The notes under the pieces are model-generated. The model did no database searches. It had not been told where the DNA came from and saw nothing but the letters and a program-made list of their open reading frames with translations. Source: the human T2T-CHM13v2.0 reference genome, Homo sapiens. From it: 64,000 nt of DNA. The translations under genes were made by a program, and so were the position numbers. This document shows, one piece after another, positions 1 through 17,295 of the stretch (positions are counted from its first letter, which is position 1; the number at the start of each line of letters is the position of its first letter). The stretch lies in the NCBI RefSeq assembly GCF_009914755.1, contig NC_060926.1. One strand, given 5' to 3'.

Positions 1-3045
<3,045 letters not shown>

Positions 3046-3105
3046 TAACGCACACACACACACAAAAAAATCTTTTAATTTCAAGTTCTATTTCTTCATT
3101 GTTAC

Positions 3106-3533
3106 TGATAGAGTCAAAAGACAGCCAAATACCGCCCTGCTCATTGTGCACAGAGGGCTTGCTTAAACATGCCCAAGGTAAAAAATTCTGTCCCTTAACA
3201 CATGCACGGTACGGGAAATAAATCAATGTGGAGTGGCTCAGACTAAGGGCTTGCCTGTGCACTGGGAGAATGGGATAGAGCCACCAGGAATTCTTGCCTC
3301 ATGGGGGTGGGGCGGGGTAGGAGGGATACACTGGCCTCTTCAGCCTATATGGTCCCTGGTGTTCAATCTGTGAGCTAGGAACACACAGCTTGACCCCCTC
3401 TTCTTTTGCTGAGAACTTTCTTTTAATAAATTCCACTTTCCTCACCTTTGATTGTGTCTGTGTGCCTAATTTTTCCTGGTCGTTAGACAAGAAACCCGAT
3501 TTTAGCTGAACTAAGGAGTAAAAATCCTGACCA
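3106..3533 (+). mobile_element. ERV1-class (MER4-group) solo LTR
   Basis: TG...CA termini with a perfect 4-bp TSD, TTAC, at 3102-3105 and 3534-3537. AATAAA near 3425. The 3' end, GACAAGAAACCCGATTTTAGCTGAACTAAGGAG, is typical of MER4-group LTRs. Exact family not resolved. Confidence 0.85.
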
Positions 3534-3566
3534 TTACTATATAGAAATGCCATTAAATTTTGTCCC

Positions 3567-3867
<301 letters not shown>

Positions 3868-3879
3868 TCATTTGTCCCA

Positions 3880-5600
3880 TGCTTGTTGATACATTATTCA
3901 TTTTTTTTCAGTCTTTTTGCTGGTTTTCATTGATAGTTTCTATTGCCATGTCTACAAGTTCATTAATCTTTTTCTTCTGCAGTTGAATCTGCTATTAGTC
4001 CTATTCAACGTATTTTTCATCTTAGATTTTTTTTTAATCTCTGGGAATTCAATTTTGGCCTTCTTTATATTTTACATGTCTCTCCACAATAACCTTTTCT
4101 CTACATTCTTGAACATATGGAATATAGCTACAATTTTTTTCACATCTTCATCTATAATTCTATTATCTGTACCATTTCTGAGTCATGTTTCTATTGACTG
4201 ACTTTGTCATAATTATATGTCACATTTTTCTGATACCTTCCATGTCTGAAAATTTTTCTTGGGTACCGGACATATGAATTTTTACCTTGTTGAGTGCTAG
4301 ATATTTTTGTACTTTTATAAATATTCAAGTTTTGTCCTGGGCTGCAGTTAATTTACTTGGAACAGTCTGACCCTTTTATGCTTTTAAGATTTGTTATATA
4401 AACGCTAGCATTCAATTTAGTCTAGGTAATACTAACCCACAACTAAAGCAACATACTTCAGATAGTCTACCCAATAGCCCATGAATTATGACATATCCTA
4501 ATGTATCTGGTAGAAACAGGAACTGCTTCCCAGTTTGTATACATCCTGGAGATGATCCCTTCAATACATTCAATCATTTTGAGTGATATTCTCCTGACTG
4601 AGCCTAAGTCCTATACTTGCATATGCTGATTAGTGCTATGTTGAAGACATGAAAGGGACCCTTTGCAGATCTCTGGAGTTCAATGTGTCACTCTCTCTTC
4701 TCCAGAACTCTGCCTTTGGTCTCACAGGCTCTCAGTTCTATTGGAGGGACTGCTGAACTGTTACTGGTTTCTTCTCCTTGTACTCTAGCCTAGAAACTAT
4801 CTCCAGGCAGTAAACTGCAGTAATTGTAGGATTCATCTGTTTCCATCTCTTAGTAGCCATTGTCCACCATTGCCTGATGACCAGCGACATAAGAACCACT
4901 GTTTCATATATCTTACCTAGTGTTTTAGTTGTTTCAGAGAGGAGTGTTGTGATAGGCAAAATTCTAAGATGGTGGCCTCTGTGGGATTCCCACATCTGGG
5001 GCACACATGTCTTTTCCCACTTATGCAATTAACCACTAATCTAAGCACTACTGTAATGGGATTTTGCAGATATAATAAAAGCCCCAAATCAATTGACCTT
5101 AATAGGAAGATTGTCTGGATGGAACTGACCTAATCACATAAATCTTTTGAAAGCAAAGTTTTTCTTCACTGATTGCAGAAGAGGAATTCAGAGAAGTTCA
5201 GTATACTATTGCTTACTTTAGAGGTGGAGGAGGTCACATGGCAAGGAATGTTGGTGGGCTTGATGGGCTGAGAGTAGTTCCCATCCCACAGCTATCAATA
5301 AAATAGAAACCTCAGTCTTACAGCGGCAACATAATGAATTCTGCTAAGAGTACGTGAGCTTGGAGAAGCGGGCCCTTATCCCCCAAGGAGAACTGCAGAC
5401 CGAGAAATACTTTCATTTCAGCCCAGTGAGACACTAGAGAATGCAGTCATGCTGTGTTCATATTTGACTTATATAACTGTGAGATAATAAATTTGTGTTG
5501 TTTTCAGCCACTAATTTATGGCAATTTTTATGCAGGTATAGAAAACTAATACAAGAGTAAGTCCCATTCCTGTTATTCCATCTTTATCAAAAGTAGAATT
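3880..5600 (-). mobile_element. Old L1M remnant (5' region), interrupted by an MLT1 LTR
   Basis: T-rich degenerate sequence resembling antisense L1 ORF1/5'UTR; it resumes after the LTR at 5554. Confidence 0.55.
4948..5553 (+). mobile_element. MaLR solo LTR (MLT1E-like)
   Basis: Starts TGTGATAGGCAAAATTCTAAGATGG; ends AATAAATTTGTGTTGTTTTCAGCCACT...GAAAACTAATACA. Confidence 0.85.
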
Positions 5601-5678
5601 CCCTCATTTTTTAAAAAACACATTTTGCTATCTGTTACAAATATTGGTAAGAATATTTTTGGCTTATGAGAGGGTTTT

Positions 5679-5990
5679 GGCTGGGCATGGTGGCTCATAT
5701 CTGTAATCCCAGCTCTTTGGGAGGCTTGAGGTAGCAGAATCACTTAAGCCCAGGAGTTTGAGACCAGCCCTGATAATACAGCAAGACGCTGTCTCTACAG
5801 AAATTAAAATATTAGCCAGGCTTGGTGGTGTGTGCCTGTAGTCACAGCTAATTGAGAGGCTGAGATGGGAAGATTGCTTGACTCTAGGAGTTCAGTGTTG
5901 CAGTGTGCAGTGAGCCTTGATACCGCACCACTGCACCCAATCTAGGTGACAGAGTAAGGACTTGTCTTAAAAAACAAACAAACAAAAAAA
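5679..5990 (+). mobile_element. AluJ-like SINE
   Basis: Dimeric Alu with J-type CACTTAAGCCCAGGAGTTTGAGACC and a degenerate A-rich tail. Confidence 0.9.
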
Positions 5991-6041
5991 CCAAAGCTCT
6001 TTATCTGACTTGGGAAAAACGACCTTTAAAAGGATTTTTCA

Positions 6042-6480
6042 TGTGTATTGGTTTTCTGTGACTACTGAAACAAATTGCCACAAACTGGGTAGCTGAAAAC
6101 AACAGAAATTTATTCTATAATAGTTTTAAAGACTAGACATCTGAAATCAAGGTGTCTGCAGGGAGCTTCTGGTGAATGTCACCACTAGTGTCCTTGGCCT
6201 GTAACCACTTCACTCCAATCTCTGCCTCTGTCTTCACATCACCTTCTCCTCTGTGTGTTTCTTCTCATCTTTCTGTGTTAAATCTCCCCTGTCTTTTTCT
6301 CATAAGGATACTTGTCATTGGGTCTAGGGTCTACCAGGATAATCCAGGATTATCTCATCATCTGAAGATCCGTAACAAAATATCTGCAATGTCCCTCTTT
6401 CTAAATAAAGTAATATTCACAAGTGCTGGGAATTAGGAGGCATACCTATCTTTTGGGGAGGCTGCTATGCAACCCATTTC
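6042..6480 (-). mobile_element. MaLR solo LTR (MLT1C/D-like)
   Basis: Contains CCACAAACTGGGTAGCTGAAAACAACAGAAATTTATTCT and ATAAGGATACTTGTCATTGG, both antisense MLT1 hallmarks. Confidence 0.8.
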
Positions 6481-7409
6481 ATCATATAATTATCCCAATA
6501 AATGCTCATTTCTCTATTATTAATACTTTAGTTTGGGGGCTTAAAAATATTAATTGAAGTCTTGGAACATATATGTAAACACAAAGTGGTCACTGTTTAT
6601 CAGCAATTGTTTACTCATACTTTGGGCTATGGGAACCCATGGAAAGGGAATATGAGTGTTTTAAAGAACAAATGAGTGATGCATTAGGGCAGAAATGCCC
6701 CAAGGATAATTGCATATATTTTCTAATTAAGAAGATAAGATAATTTATACCCTGAAAGATCTGGAAATTCCCTCATCTCTTAAATCAGGTGAAAAAGCAT
6801 AAAGCTGTAATGGGTAAGCCAGGTGGTAGCACTATTGCTATGAGAATCTTCTGATTTTCCCAAATGTACACTGCTATATAATGAATCCCTAAGAGAAATA
6901 ACCAAGGATATCAAGTATGGCCTAGTTGCTAAATTCAGGTGAAAATAAGGAATCTGGTATATCATGGAGGCCTGTACATAGAAACTCTCTATTCCTAGAA
7001 ATGATAGGTTGAAGGGAAGGAAAAAAGAAAAAGCTCTAAAATATTTCTTATTTTGACAGGTATCCTACTAAAATAAGCTTTTTAAAAAGAGGCAGGAAGT
7101 CAAGAGTTCTCAATTTTATCAATCACATTAGAAATGACACTAGAAATTCTAGTAATTGATACAATCTATAATCCTTTTAATCCAGGACTTGAATCCAAGT
7201 TGGCAAAATATATATAGTATGATTCTACTTATGAAAAAATATTCTTATAAGACTAAATATATGAGTAGAAGAAAAAATATCTGTAGGTATTAACAAGAAA
7301 TTTTAAATTCTTCTTTGTACTCTACTCCCCCAACCTCCCAAATTTGATACCTTGTTCATGGATTTTTTCCATCAAAAAAAGCAATAAATGTTATTTTCAT
7401 ATAAAAAAT

Positions 7410-7760
7410 TTTGTAGCTATGTGGGGCGTTGGCTATAGAAAAAAAAATTTGCGATGCAAAAGAATGGTTAAAAGACTATTGTCATTGCTTGGTCCTGAGA
7501 GGACCTGAAGGTGAACTATAGTAGCAGTGGAAAGGAAGAGGAGGGCAGGATCCAAGAGATGGGCATAACAGGATGATGTGACCAACTGGAATTGGGGATG
7601 AAAGAGAAGATGGAGGTAAACATGAAGCCAATACTCAAGTGTGGACACAAGAATGTCTCATGGAATTATTAGCAAAAAAAGATGATACAACAAAGATGTA
7701 CATATTTTTAAATGATGATGAGTTCTGCTCTGGGGGTGTCTAGTTTTAGGTACTTTGGGA
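7410..7760. mobile_element. L2 remnant
   Basis: Purine-rich degenerate L2-like text (GTAGCAGTGGAAAGGAAGAGG..., GATGATGAGTTCTG). Confidence 0.5.
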
Positions 7761-7789
7761 CTCCCTTTTATTTGGTTATTACCACTGAC

Positions 7790-7990
7790 TTTGACTGGTT
7801 TTCACTGGCCAGGCACCATGTTAAACTTATGTGGTTTCTCTTTTTTAACCTTCACAATTGCAATGGAAAACAAGTATTCTTAGTCTTATTTTATAAGTGA
7901 GGAATCCAAACTCAGAGGTTAATTAGAGAAGTCAAGGCTCCTGGGAACAAGAACCTGGAGTAACTCTGTCTTAAGACTGTACAAAAACCC
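7790..7990 (-). mobile_element. MIR remnant
   Basis: Core-like ATTTTATAAGTGAGGAATCCAAACTCAGAGGTTAA. Confidence 0.55.
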
Positions 7991-8424
7991 CACGGCCACT
8001 GGGAGTAGGGTCAAAGAAATGTGGGTATTCAGTAAGAGGATAGCCCTGGGACAACCCAATTTTTCTCATTTATTTTACTAAAGGTTTTAGGGGGACCAAA
8101 AGTGTCCATTATCTGAAATGTTGTGCTCACAAAATAATAGTACCTATTATAAATCCAAATGGTGAAAGATCTCAGTCTGTGAGCCAGCCTTATAACATGC
8201 TTAGATGAATGACATAATGAGACTGCCATTGTAGGGAAAGAAAAATGGCTTTACAACCAGAGCTGCTCTGCTCCAGTCCATCCACCTCCTCATTCTAACA
8301 CTGCCAACTTACACCAGCTTTCCTAGACTCATTATTAATTGAAAACCCTTTTATCCCCAGAAGTTCTCAGTTTGGACAATTATATGGCCATCCTAACTAT
8401 GATTACCAGAAAAATGTGTGAGTA

Positions 8425-8810
8425 GTTGCATTAGTTAGATCGAAGGCTATGCTACTGTCATCAAGAAAACTACACTGGTTAGAAAACATAGGAATTCATT
8501 TTTCTTTTTCCCATAATAGTTCAGGGCAGATAGTTGGTCCCAGTTCAAAAAAAGTCATCCCAGAACCCAGACTAACCAGATAGTTAGGATAGTTCTATTC
8601 TTAACATGTCACTTCCAAGATTTTTCAGTTGTTGCTGTTTTCAACCACCAAGAAACGAAAGAGAGAAAATTCAGGGTAGGCAACTTAATCAGTTAAACCA
8701 GGAGTTATACACATCACTCCACTCACATACCATAGTTAAGAATTTAGTCATAGGACCACACCCACAAGAAAGGTGAAAGATTTGGGCTCAGCTAGCAGAC
8801 CTTGCCACAA
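8425..8810 (-). mobile_element. Old MaLR (MLT1I/J/K-like) remnant
   Basis: Contains CACATCACTCCACTCACATACCATAGTTAAGAATTTAGTCATAGGACCACACC. Confidence 0.5.
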
Positions 8811-10239
8811 TGGGGTAACTTTACTCACTCAAATCTCCTCTTTGTTTTATTCTCCTACATTGTAGCAGTGAGACTATCAAATTTGTATTTATTAACTAGT
8901 GGTGCCACAGCAAAATAAATTTCTGCATAGGTAGGTGGATAGCTGATCAAAATTCAGACTATATAATAATCTTAAAACATAGGACCAAGAGTCAAACTAA
9001 GCATGTTACACTTTGTCTGTAGCTTTGCAAATATGTTTCAAATTCACTTTTGTTTGCCTTTGTTGCAGTATTTGCTGTACTAATTTGAAGAATTGAGAGA
9101 TATAGTAGTAAATCAATAATGAATATGCTTTTCTTTTACCTGAATAATACAGACTTATAGTTTTAATGCAGGCTTATAGCTTTTAAGTGAGTAGGAAAAA
9201 TAAATTTTAAAATATATTGCTAAAAATGAGGAAAAAATACAATAAATATTCCAAAGTCAACAATGAAAGGTCAATTTAGACACTTTTTAAAATATTGCCA
9301 AAACAAGAAATTCCTGTCACTAAAGTTGATTCTAGATGTAAGCAAAATCAATTGCAACTCATTTAATTGTGAAACTGAATTATCACTAGGATAAATCAAA
9401 TATTTTGTAATTGTAATTGAATATGAAATAATTACAGTAAAGGTTTATATGCATACATCACCATGCAATTATAAACAGGAGGTAAATAAAACTACGTATT
9501 ACAGCTACATAAATATCTGAAATTTCTAAAAGTAAAAGCAGCACATATATTGGTTGGAATGTTATAGAAAGACCTTCAACTTGTGGATTTTGGATTCTTG
9601 GTTTTGAATATTGGCTGTGTGCCCAGCTAAGTTATCATGAATTGTATCTTGCTCCTCCCTCCTGCCTCCTCCAAGCTTACTGGAGATTGGACACACACTC
9701 CTGGTCAAAAGAGTATAATAAGCCTTTCTTATTTGGAAATTATCAGAAGCAATAATCTATTATAATCAGGTATTTACTCACTGGCACTTAATTTGTAGCT
9801 ATTTCTTGATGCAATCAAAGAAACTAAAAGTGGTTTGAAGATAAGAAAAGCTGGAAAAAATCTTATTTTACTTGAGTAATAAATTATAAATTCATTGGAT
9901 TTGATGCATGTGTTATCCTCTTTGTGTGGATCCCTAAAATAAATGCCACAGGAATAAGAAGGATATATATTACCGGCATCTCCTTTTGGCTAATATGCAA
10001 TTCAAAAAAGAAATTATGCTATTTCTTCAGCATATTGCTTTATTCTTTTTTCCTCAGTTCATACTTGTGATTAGGGTATAATACGGCACAGAGGAGTGTG
10101 CTATGTTTTATTTTGTTGCATATAGCTTTCCTTTTTCACTAAATCACATAATTTAACATCAGGTTGTCTCACCTTGGTCACACAACTATCCCTTAAACTC
10201 TTATACCTTTCTTTTTGGATTCAACTACTCCAATTGATT

Positions 10240-10385
10240 CATTTCAAATATGAATTTTCTGTTCCAACAAACGTGGTTCTGTTTCAGTAGGTCTGGAATG
10301 AGGCCTAGGATTCTATATTTTTTACCAGCTCACAAGTGATGCTGATTTTGCTGATGGTCAGGCCATAGTTGGGCAGCAAAACAAC
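10240..10385. mobile_element. MER5-like hAT-Charlie MITE remnant
   Basis: TTCAGTAGGTCTGGAATGAGGCCTAGGATTCTATATTTTT...AAGTGATGCTGAT. Confidence 0.6.
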
Positions 10386-11767
10386 TTTCATACTCATCAA
10401 CAAAACCCAACATCTCCAGCATAAATAAGAATAAAAATTTAATTTTTAGAAAGCTCCTCAACCCCAAGCTTCGCCCTAGAAAAATCCCTAAGTGTGTCTT
10501 GATGGAGAAAAAAGGAAGTATGGAAAGTTCCACAACAGTAAGGAAGTTCGACAACAGTAAGGAAGATATCTGTTAGACCAGAAGTTATCGATTATAACAA
10601 GAATTTTGTGTAACAGATAAGGACTGTTAAATATTTTAGCTACTTTGGAGCTGAAACTGAGGTGGTAAATAACTTATAAAGTCTTCTTCTGTTCTGGTTT
10701 ATTTCCTTGAATGTTATTTCATGGGTGCTAGATGGCAATGAGGTATTGTAGATTGAAATTTACTCTCAATCCTACAAATGAGAGTAATCAGCATCAGGTA
10801 GGAAGATTCCACAATTATTAAAAACAGAGAATGAAGTGGTTTCACTCTGCTGAATGCCCTGAATTTTTGTTAAAATTATGTGACTTTACTTTTTATAAAC
10901 TCATAATTTACCCTCTGCACATATCTAAATTTTGTAAAGCACAGAGTGCTTGTTTTAAGTGAATGGCAGGTTTAAAGGAATAAAAATGTTTCATGTTGGA
11001 GCACAAACTAAACTATACTAAATATACAGAATTACCTTACATGTTTACAGACTGTTTTCATAATAATTTCTGTCTGGGGGGAGTATAATACTCTTACTAA
11101 AAAAACACATTAAATAAATACTCTTTAAGTAGTAATATTTCAACTTATAGTTACAGGTAAAGAAAAATGCTAATATTCTCACCATAGGTGCCTGGTTAAG
11201 TAATATCAAATAAAACATTTTTGAATTGTGCCTCATATTTGGATTAAAACAAATGTTTTGAGAATGTTTGGCAAGTCTTCTATGACTTTGCAATTGTATT
11301 ATACATTCATTATACATTATTTTCATGTTTTTCAATGTAGTCTCCTGTTAGATCCTTATTTTGCTTTGATTTTACTATGCTGTGTCTTCGTTTGTGTCAT
11401 TTGAGTACAAGAGAACTATGACCCCTAAAATGTTAAAAATGTGCTAACGAAACTATTGAAAAATAAGAGATAACGGGAATGCTATAAACTTTCATTACAT
11501 TAAATTTTCTGAATGAACTATTTACTTCCAAACTGATACTTATTTTTCTCATAAAAACATTTTATTTCTATCTTGGATTGGGATGAAATGCATAATTTTT
11601 CCATTAAAATTAATCAAAATATTTGTGTCCATTTAATAGCTATTTACTTTAGTAGCAGGATATTTGGAAATGAATTAAAAATTTTAAGTGAAAGATGCAC
11701 AACTATTAACATGTATGCCATACATATATACTATGTGTATATCTGTAAATATATATTCTATATATAA

Positions 11768-12100
<333 letters not shown>

Positions 12101-12986
12101 TCAACTCCTTATCATATTTTTTTCACTTCTAAGTGAATGGAAGCAATGTTTTCCAACAGAAAAATTTGCACTCAAATGATCAAATATCAAAATAATAATT
12201 CTCTACTTGAAAAAGTAGCAATACTGACATTAAATATTATTCTTATGATTAAAGATCAATCAGGTATAATTGAAATAAAACTTATACAATCAGTGAAATG
12301 AAATATTTTAGAATGGATATAACAAAGGTTGTCAAAATATAATTATAATAATGGAAATCTAAAATTAAAGAGATATGACACAATCAGAAACTATTTAAAG
12401 AAGATGTGGAACAAGTAATCAAATAATCATAATGATGATGATAATCCTCCATGTAGGGTTAGATACAGGGATATTGAGGTCACTACAGTTGAGATATTTG
12501 AACAATTCATACAACATACAAACAGTTGATTGTAAGACTAGAGAATAAGTCCATGAAGACAGATAAGTCACAACATCAGTATAGCTTTTATTAAGTATGA
12601 AAAGACTACAAAAATGCAGATAAAGTTTTCCTAAAATTAGACAGCCATGAACAGACTTTGTCAGCTCTAGAATAAAATCACTTTCAGAGTGCAACTTCAG
12701 ACACAAGATATTCCAGTATGGTAATGAAATATATTGATCCTAGGTAAGATGATATACATAGTATTTGCAGAAATCAATAACCCATCGCCATCCCAAAAAA
12801 GTGCATTAATTCAATGCATTTTAATATTTATTAATAAATGAATCACTGAGTTTATAAGTTTGAAAAATGTATCAATCTAGATTCAAAAGAGTAATTCATC
12901 CTCAAAAGGGCCAAACTAAATAGACCTTCTTATAATAGTACATATTTCAGAGAAACTATAAAAAGTGTAGTTTTAGAGAAGTTAGC

Positions 12987-13578
12987 TGAAAGATAAGTTA
13001 ATGTGTCAATTTGACTGAGTTAAGGGGCGCTTGGATATTTGATACAACTTCATTTCTGGGTGTGTCTATGAGGGTATTTCCAGAAAATATTAGTATTTGA
13101 ATCAGTAGACTGAGTAAATAAATCCACTCCCACCAACACGGGCCAGTGTCATGCAGTCTACAGAGGGCTGAACTGAATGAAGCGAAAGCACAGGAGGAGG
13201 ACAAATTTTCTCTTCTTGAGCTGGGACATCCATAATTTCCTGCCCTTGGACATCAAAACTCCTGGTTCTCAGGCCTTTGAAGACTCTGGGACTTACACCA
13301 GCAGCCCCCCCGAATCCCTCTACTCCCAACTCCCACCAAATCCTTTCTCAGGCCTTCAGACTTGGGGTGAGAGTTATTCCATAGGCTTCCTTAGTTCTCA
13401 TGCCTTTGGGCTTAGGTTGATGTATATTACAGGCTTTCCTGATTTTCTGGTTTGTAGGAGGCATATTGTGGAACTTCTCAGATCCGTAATTATGTGAGCC
13501 AATTTCCATAATAAATCTTATTTTATATATCTATATATCCTATATTGATTGTTTCTCTAAAGAACTCTGACTAATGCA
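12987..13578 (+). mobile_element. ERVL solo LTR (MLT2B/D-like)
   Basis: ATGTGTCAATTTGACTGAG...TTTCTGGGTGTGTCTATGAGGGTATTTCCAG; ends TGTTTCTCTAAAGAACTCTGACTAATGCA. Confidence 0.85.
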
Positions 13579-13999
13579 GGTGATTATCAGTAACATATAG
13601 AGCAGCATGATATTCTGAGCCAAATTTGCAAGCCATGCTTTATTATCTTTTCCTTCCATTTTTGACTCATTTTCCACCTCCATGTATCTTGCCTCTTATC
13701 CTCCAGGCATTTGTTGCCACTGGGCTTTCAAAATCTTTGAGTTAGAACCTAATAGTCCAAAAATATACTTTTTCTAATGCCCAATCAAAATTTTCACTCT
13801 CACCATAATACAGATCTTATCCAGATGGAAATTAATTGGTTGACTTTATGGTAGGCATGATTAAGAAACCTAATCACCCCAGTAATACATACATTTCAAG
13901 AGAAGAAATTATTAATAAACTTTGTTCAGACCACCAATGTAGTTGTCTCATATGATTAAAAATAAAGTCCTTTATTTAAAAAAATGGTGACAATGTACT

Positions 14000-14335
14000 G
14001 GCAGGATTATTAGATTAAGAATCCATAGCTTGGACTCTTGTCTGCTCTTTTACCAACAAGCCAGATAACTTTGATGATTTATTTTATCCCCAGTTACATG
14101 TTCCACACCTTCAAAATATAATAACAAGTGACTTTTATAAGGGTTGTGATCCATCAAGCTCTTTTGTTAGGCACTCATCCCACAAGCTAACAGGGTAAAA
14201 ACTATTATTATTCTTATTTTTCAAACAAGAAAGTTGATGCTTAAAGAGGTTAAGTGTATAACCCAAGCACACAGTAAGTGAAGTAATATTACATTTTCTA
14301 ATTTACATTAAAACCATTTTGCCATAGACTGCATT
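14000..14335. mobile_element. Two MIR remnants, apparently in opposite orientation
   Basis: Degenerate MIR-like motifs at 14000-14150 and 14170-14335. Confidence 0.4.
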
Positions 14336-14381
14336 GTGAATATTAACAGCATTTTAATCTATACCTTTGAATTAGTTAATA

Positions 14382-15402
14382 CAGTTCATCTTTGAACAAC
14401 ACAGGAGTCAGGGACACCAACCCTTGAGCATGTGAAAATCCACATCTAGCTTTTGACTACCCAAAAACAGAATTACTAATAGCCTATTGTTGACTGGGAG
14501 CCTTACCAATAACATAATCAATTAACACGTATTTTATATGTTATATGTATTACATACTGTACTATAATAAAGTAAACTAGGGAAAAGAAAATGTTAAGAA
14601 AATCATAAGGAAAATTTATTTGCAGTCTGTACCTGGATACCATAAGTTTATGCCGTCTATTTTACAATATGAATTGTCTGAAACAGAGAGCAACTGTGGC
14701 TGCAGACCCTATGGTACATATAAAGCAATTCAACTTTTTTGGGTAATGCCATGACTTTTCTCTGCTTCTTGGGAGTACTTGCAGGATCACCAGTGGCACT
14801 TCTTATGAGTCTCGATTTTTCATGTTTAATTGCATTAAACATGAAAAATGTGTGAGAACTGCAAGATACCATTTTTTTTTTCTGCCATGTGCAACTTACT
14901 GGAGAATAAAACCACTCAGATAGAGACGATGAGAGTCACACGGTGTTTATTTAAAGAGGTTCTGGCAACACTTGGGCTCACTGCAATAGCGACGGGGGTG
15001 GCTATGAAATTATTACAATAGTACAGTATGTACTATAGTTAATTGTATGCAGTTATAATTTAATATTACACCTACTTTGTAAACAAACATTTACTTTGTT
15101 TGTATTTCTCTTGACTGCCAATGTCACCATGTATGGTCTGTGTGTGTGCATAAGTTTTCATAAACATTTTTTATGCATTTGTATATATTCTGTGATAAAT
15201 GATCAACTAGGCTAGTATTTACATATTTTATGCATTCATGACTTACCTAATTTTTTCAGTATCTTTAGGCTACATGATTTGTCTGCAAGTTTTTTCATAT
15301 TGTTGCAAATCTCCAAAAAATAAATCCAATATGTTTATTGAAAAATGTCTGCATATAGGTGGACCCATACAGTTCAGACTCATGTTGTTCAAAGATCAAC
15401 TG
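14382..15402 (-). mobile_element. Tigger2-derived non-autonomous DNA transposon (Tigger2b-like, TcMar/pogo)
   Basis: Terminal inverted repeats CAGTTCATCTTTGAACAACA (from 14382) and TGTTGTTCAAAGATCAACTG (to 15402). TA precedes the left end. A minus-strand peptide, SATGDPASTPKKQRKVMALPKKVELL, resembles the Tigger2 transposase N-terminus. Confidence 0.88.
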
Positions 15403-15589
15403 TTTGTCAGGAGCCTTAATTAAGAATTCATACACAGGTGGTTGCTTAGCAGTTGATGGACTCCAATCAGGATTCGACACTTAGAGCTCACTTCTACAGC
15501 TTGGACTATTTCCATCTCTGATCAGCAGTAGAAACTTTGCTAATTAGCTAAGTGATGGTAGAAGAGGTTTTTACTGGTAAAATTAATGT

Positions 15590-15891
15590 TAACACAGATA
15601 AGTGGACTGGCTAGAAATATTTACAAGTACTTTTGCCCTTGCATGAAGAGGATTTAGGAATCTATGATCCCAGAAGTCAGCACACTTCAGAGTGGTGCTG
15701 CGATCCACCTGGATATCAAGGTGCATGATTGGCTGACAGTCTCCTGCTGTGTCAGGTCTGCCCCTCACTCTGAAGGCTCCCACACTATGAAATCACTCTG
15801 TTTCCTTTCATGTGTGTTATTCTTCAATAAACCTTTTGCACTCCTAATCCTATCTTGATACCTGCTTCCACAGAAAATGCAAATCAGCACA
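15590..15891 (+). mobile_element. Old ERVL-type LTR remnant (LTR33-like)
   Basis: 3' end AATAAACCTTTTGCACTCCTAATCCTATCTTGATACCTGCTTCC...CAGCACA. Confidence 0.45.
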
Positions 15892-17164
15892 GGTGCTCTG
15901 GGCTTAGGACACAATTGGAACTATGTTTATCCGTTAAGAGAGGATTCTGTTGTCTGATTCTGATTCATTTAGCTGTATTCTGCCTGCCTAGAAGACTGAA
16001 ACATCTGCTTTGAATAAGCCTATTCATGCAAGGTCTGGTTCAGGTGTCTAAAGGATGGAGGTCTTTATATCAAACGCTCACAAAAGAGCAGAGTAATAGA
16101 TTTTATGACTGTTGTTTGACTGTGTGCTAATAAATTGTTTGTTTCCGTGGAAGGATCTAGTCTGAAGCTTGCTCTCATTATAATTTCCCACCTCTTACAA
16201 GTTGGAGAAAGGGCACATGAGTTGAGGTAAAACCTATAGCTCTCACCTAAAAAAATCTCATAATTGGGAATGATGAAGCCGACTTAAATCAGTTCACAGC
16301 ATGAAGTCAGGTTTTTTACTCAAGTTGCTTAATTCCAAAGGTCATTTCCTTAAACTCCTATGCCATAATATGCTTCCCGAACTTGTCTGTAAAGGATTAA
16401 GTGTCCAGTTACATGTTAATAAGCTATTTCTAACAAAGGGTTTGGGAAAACTTGCTCACTATACTTCCCTCTTGGAGATTTCTAATATAAATTACTATAC
16501 CTTAGGCTTTGGGAAGTCATACAGTGTTTTAAAAAATAACCTATTCACTCGTCGATTTTAGAAAGGAAATGGACCACTTGATCCAATATCTCAAATTATT
16601 TAACCATTGAAGCATTTCTTTTTCTTTTTTTTAAATGAGAAATAAGCTTTCTGTGGAATTCTACCTAGGGATAAAAGATAAATAGTATTTTTATCTCCAA
16701 AATTCTATGATTCTTTAAAAAATTGGCAAATTTCAGAAGGCAGGCTTCAAAAAATATTTATGAATAAGGCCTTCCTCTTTTTAATAATCAAGCTACCCTT
16801 TTCCTAGACATATGCTGCATGACTACAAAATTCACTGATGCACCCATTTCTAAGATTATCAGCCTCTGTGGACTGCACTGAGTCTGTGTAGATTTTCAAA
16901 GTTCCCCGTGCTCTGGTCCTATAGTGCTTAGCCATAATTATCAAGCATTACTCATCATATAAACCTTCTATTCAAAAAACTGCTCTCTTTATTGTTTCCT
17001 TTATTTCCATCTTTGTACTTTTGCTTCTTTTTTTTTTTTTTTTTTTTTTCTTGACCTGTTATATCTTCTCCTAGAACTTCAAAGTTTGGTGCATGGCCCC
17101 TTCTTTACAAACTTTCTCTAGTGGTTCTAGTCTACATTGATCTATTCTTTTACAAATTCAGTTT

Positions 17165-17295
17165 TTTAAAAAAAACTGGGCAACTTCTGCTCCAAATGCA
17201 CAAACCTTGAGTCATCCCTGAACAGTACTGATTTAGTGGGTCTGGTATGGAGTCCAGGTACCCATAGGTTCACAAATCTCTGCTGGCAATTCTGG
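17165..17295. mobile_element. MER5-like remnant
   Basis: CTGATTTAGTGGGTCTGGTATGGAGTCCAGG. Confidence 0.4.

Noticed and set aside
10525-10565. Short direct repeats as a CRISPR-like array
   Set aside because: Only two adjacent copies with no spacers, in eukaryotic DNA with no cas genes.
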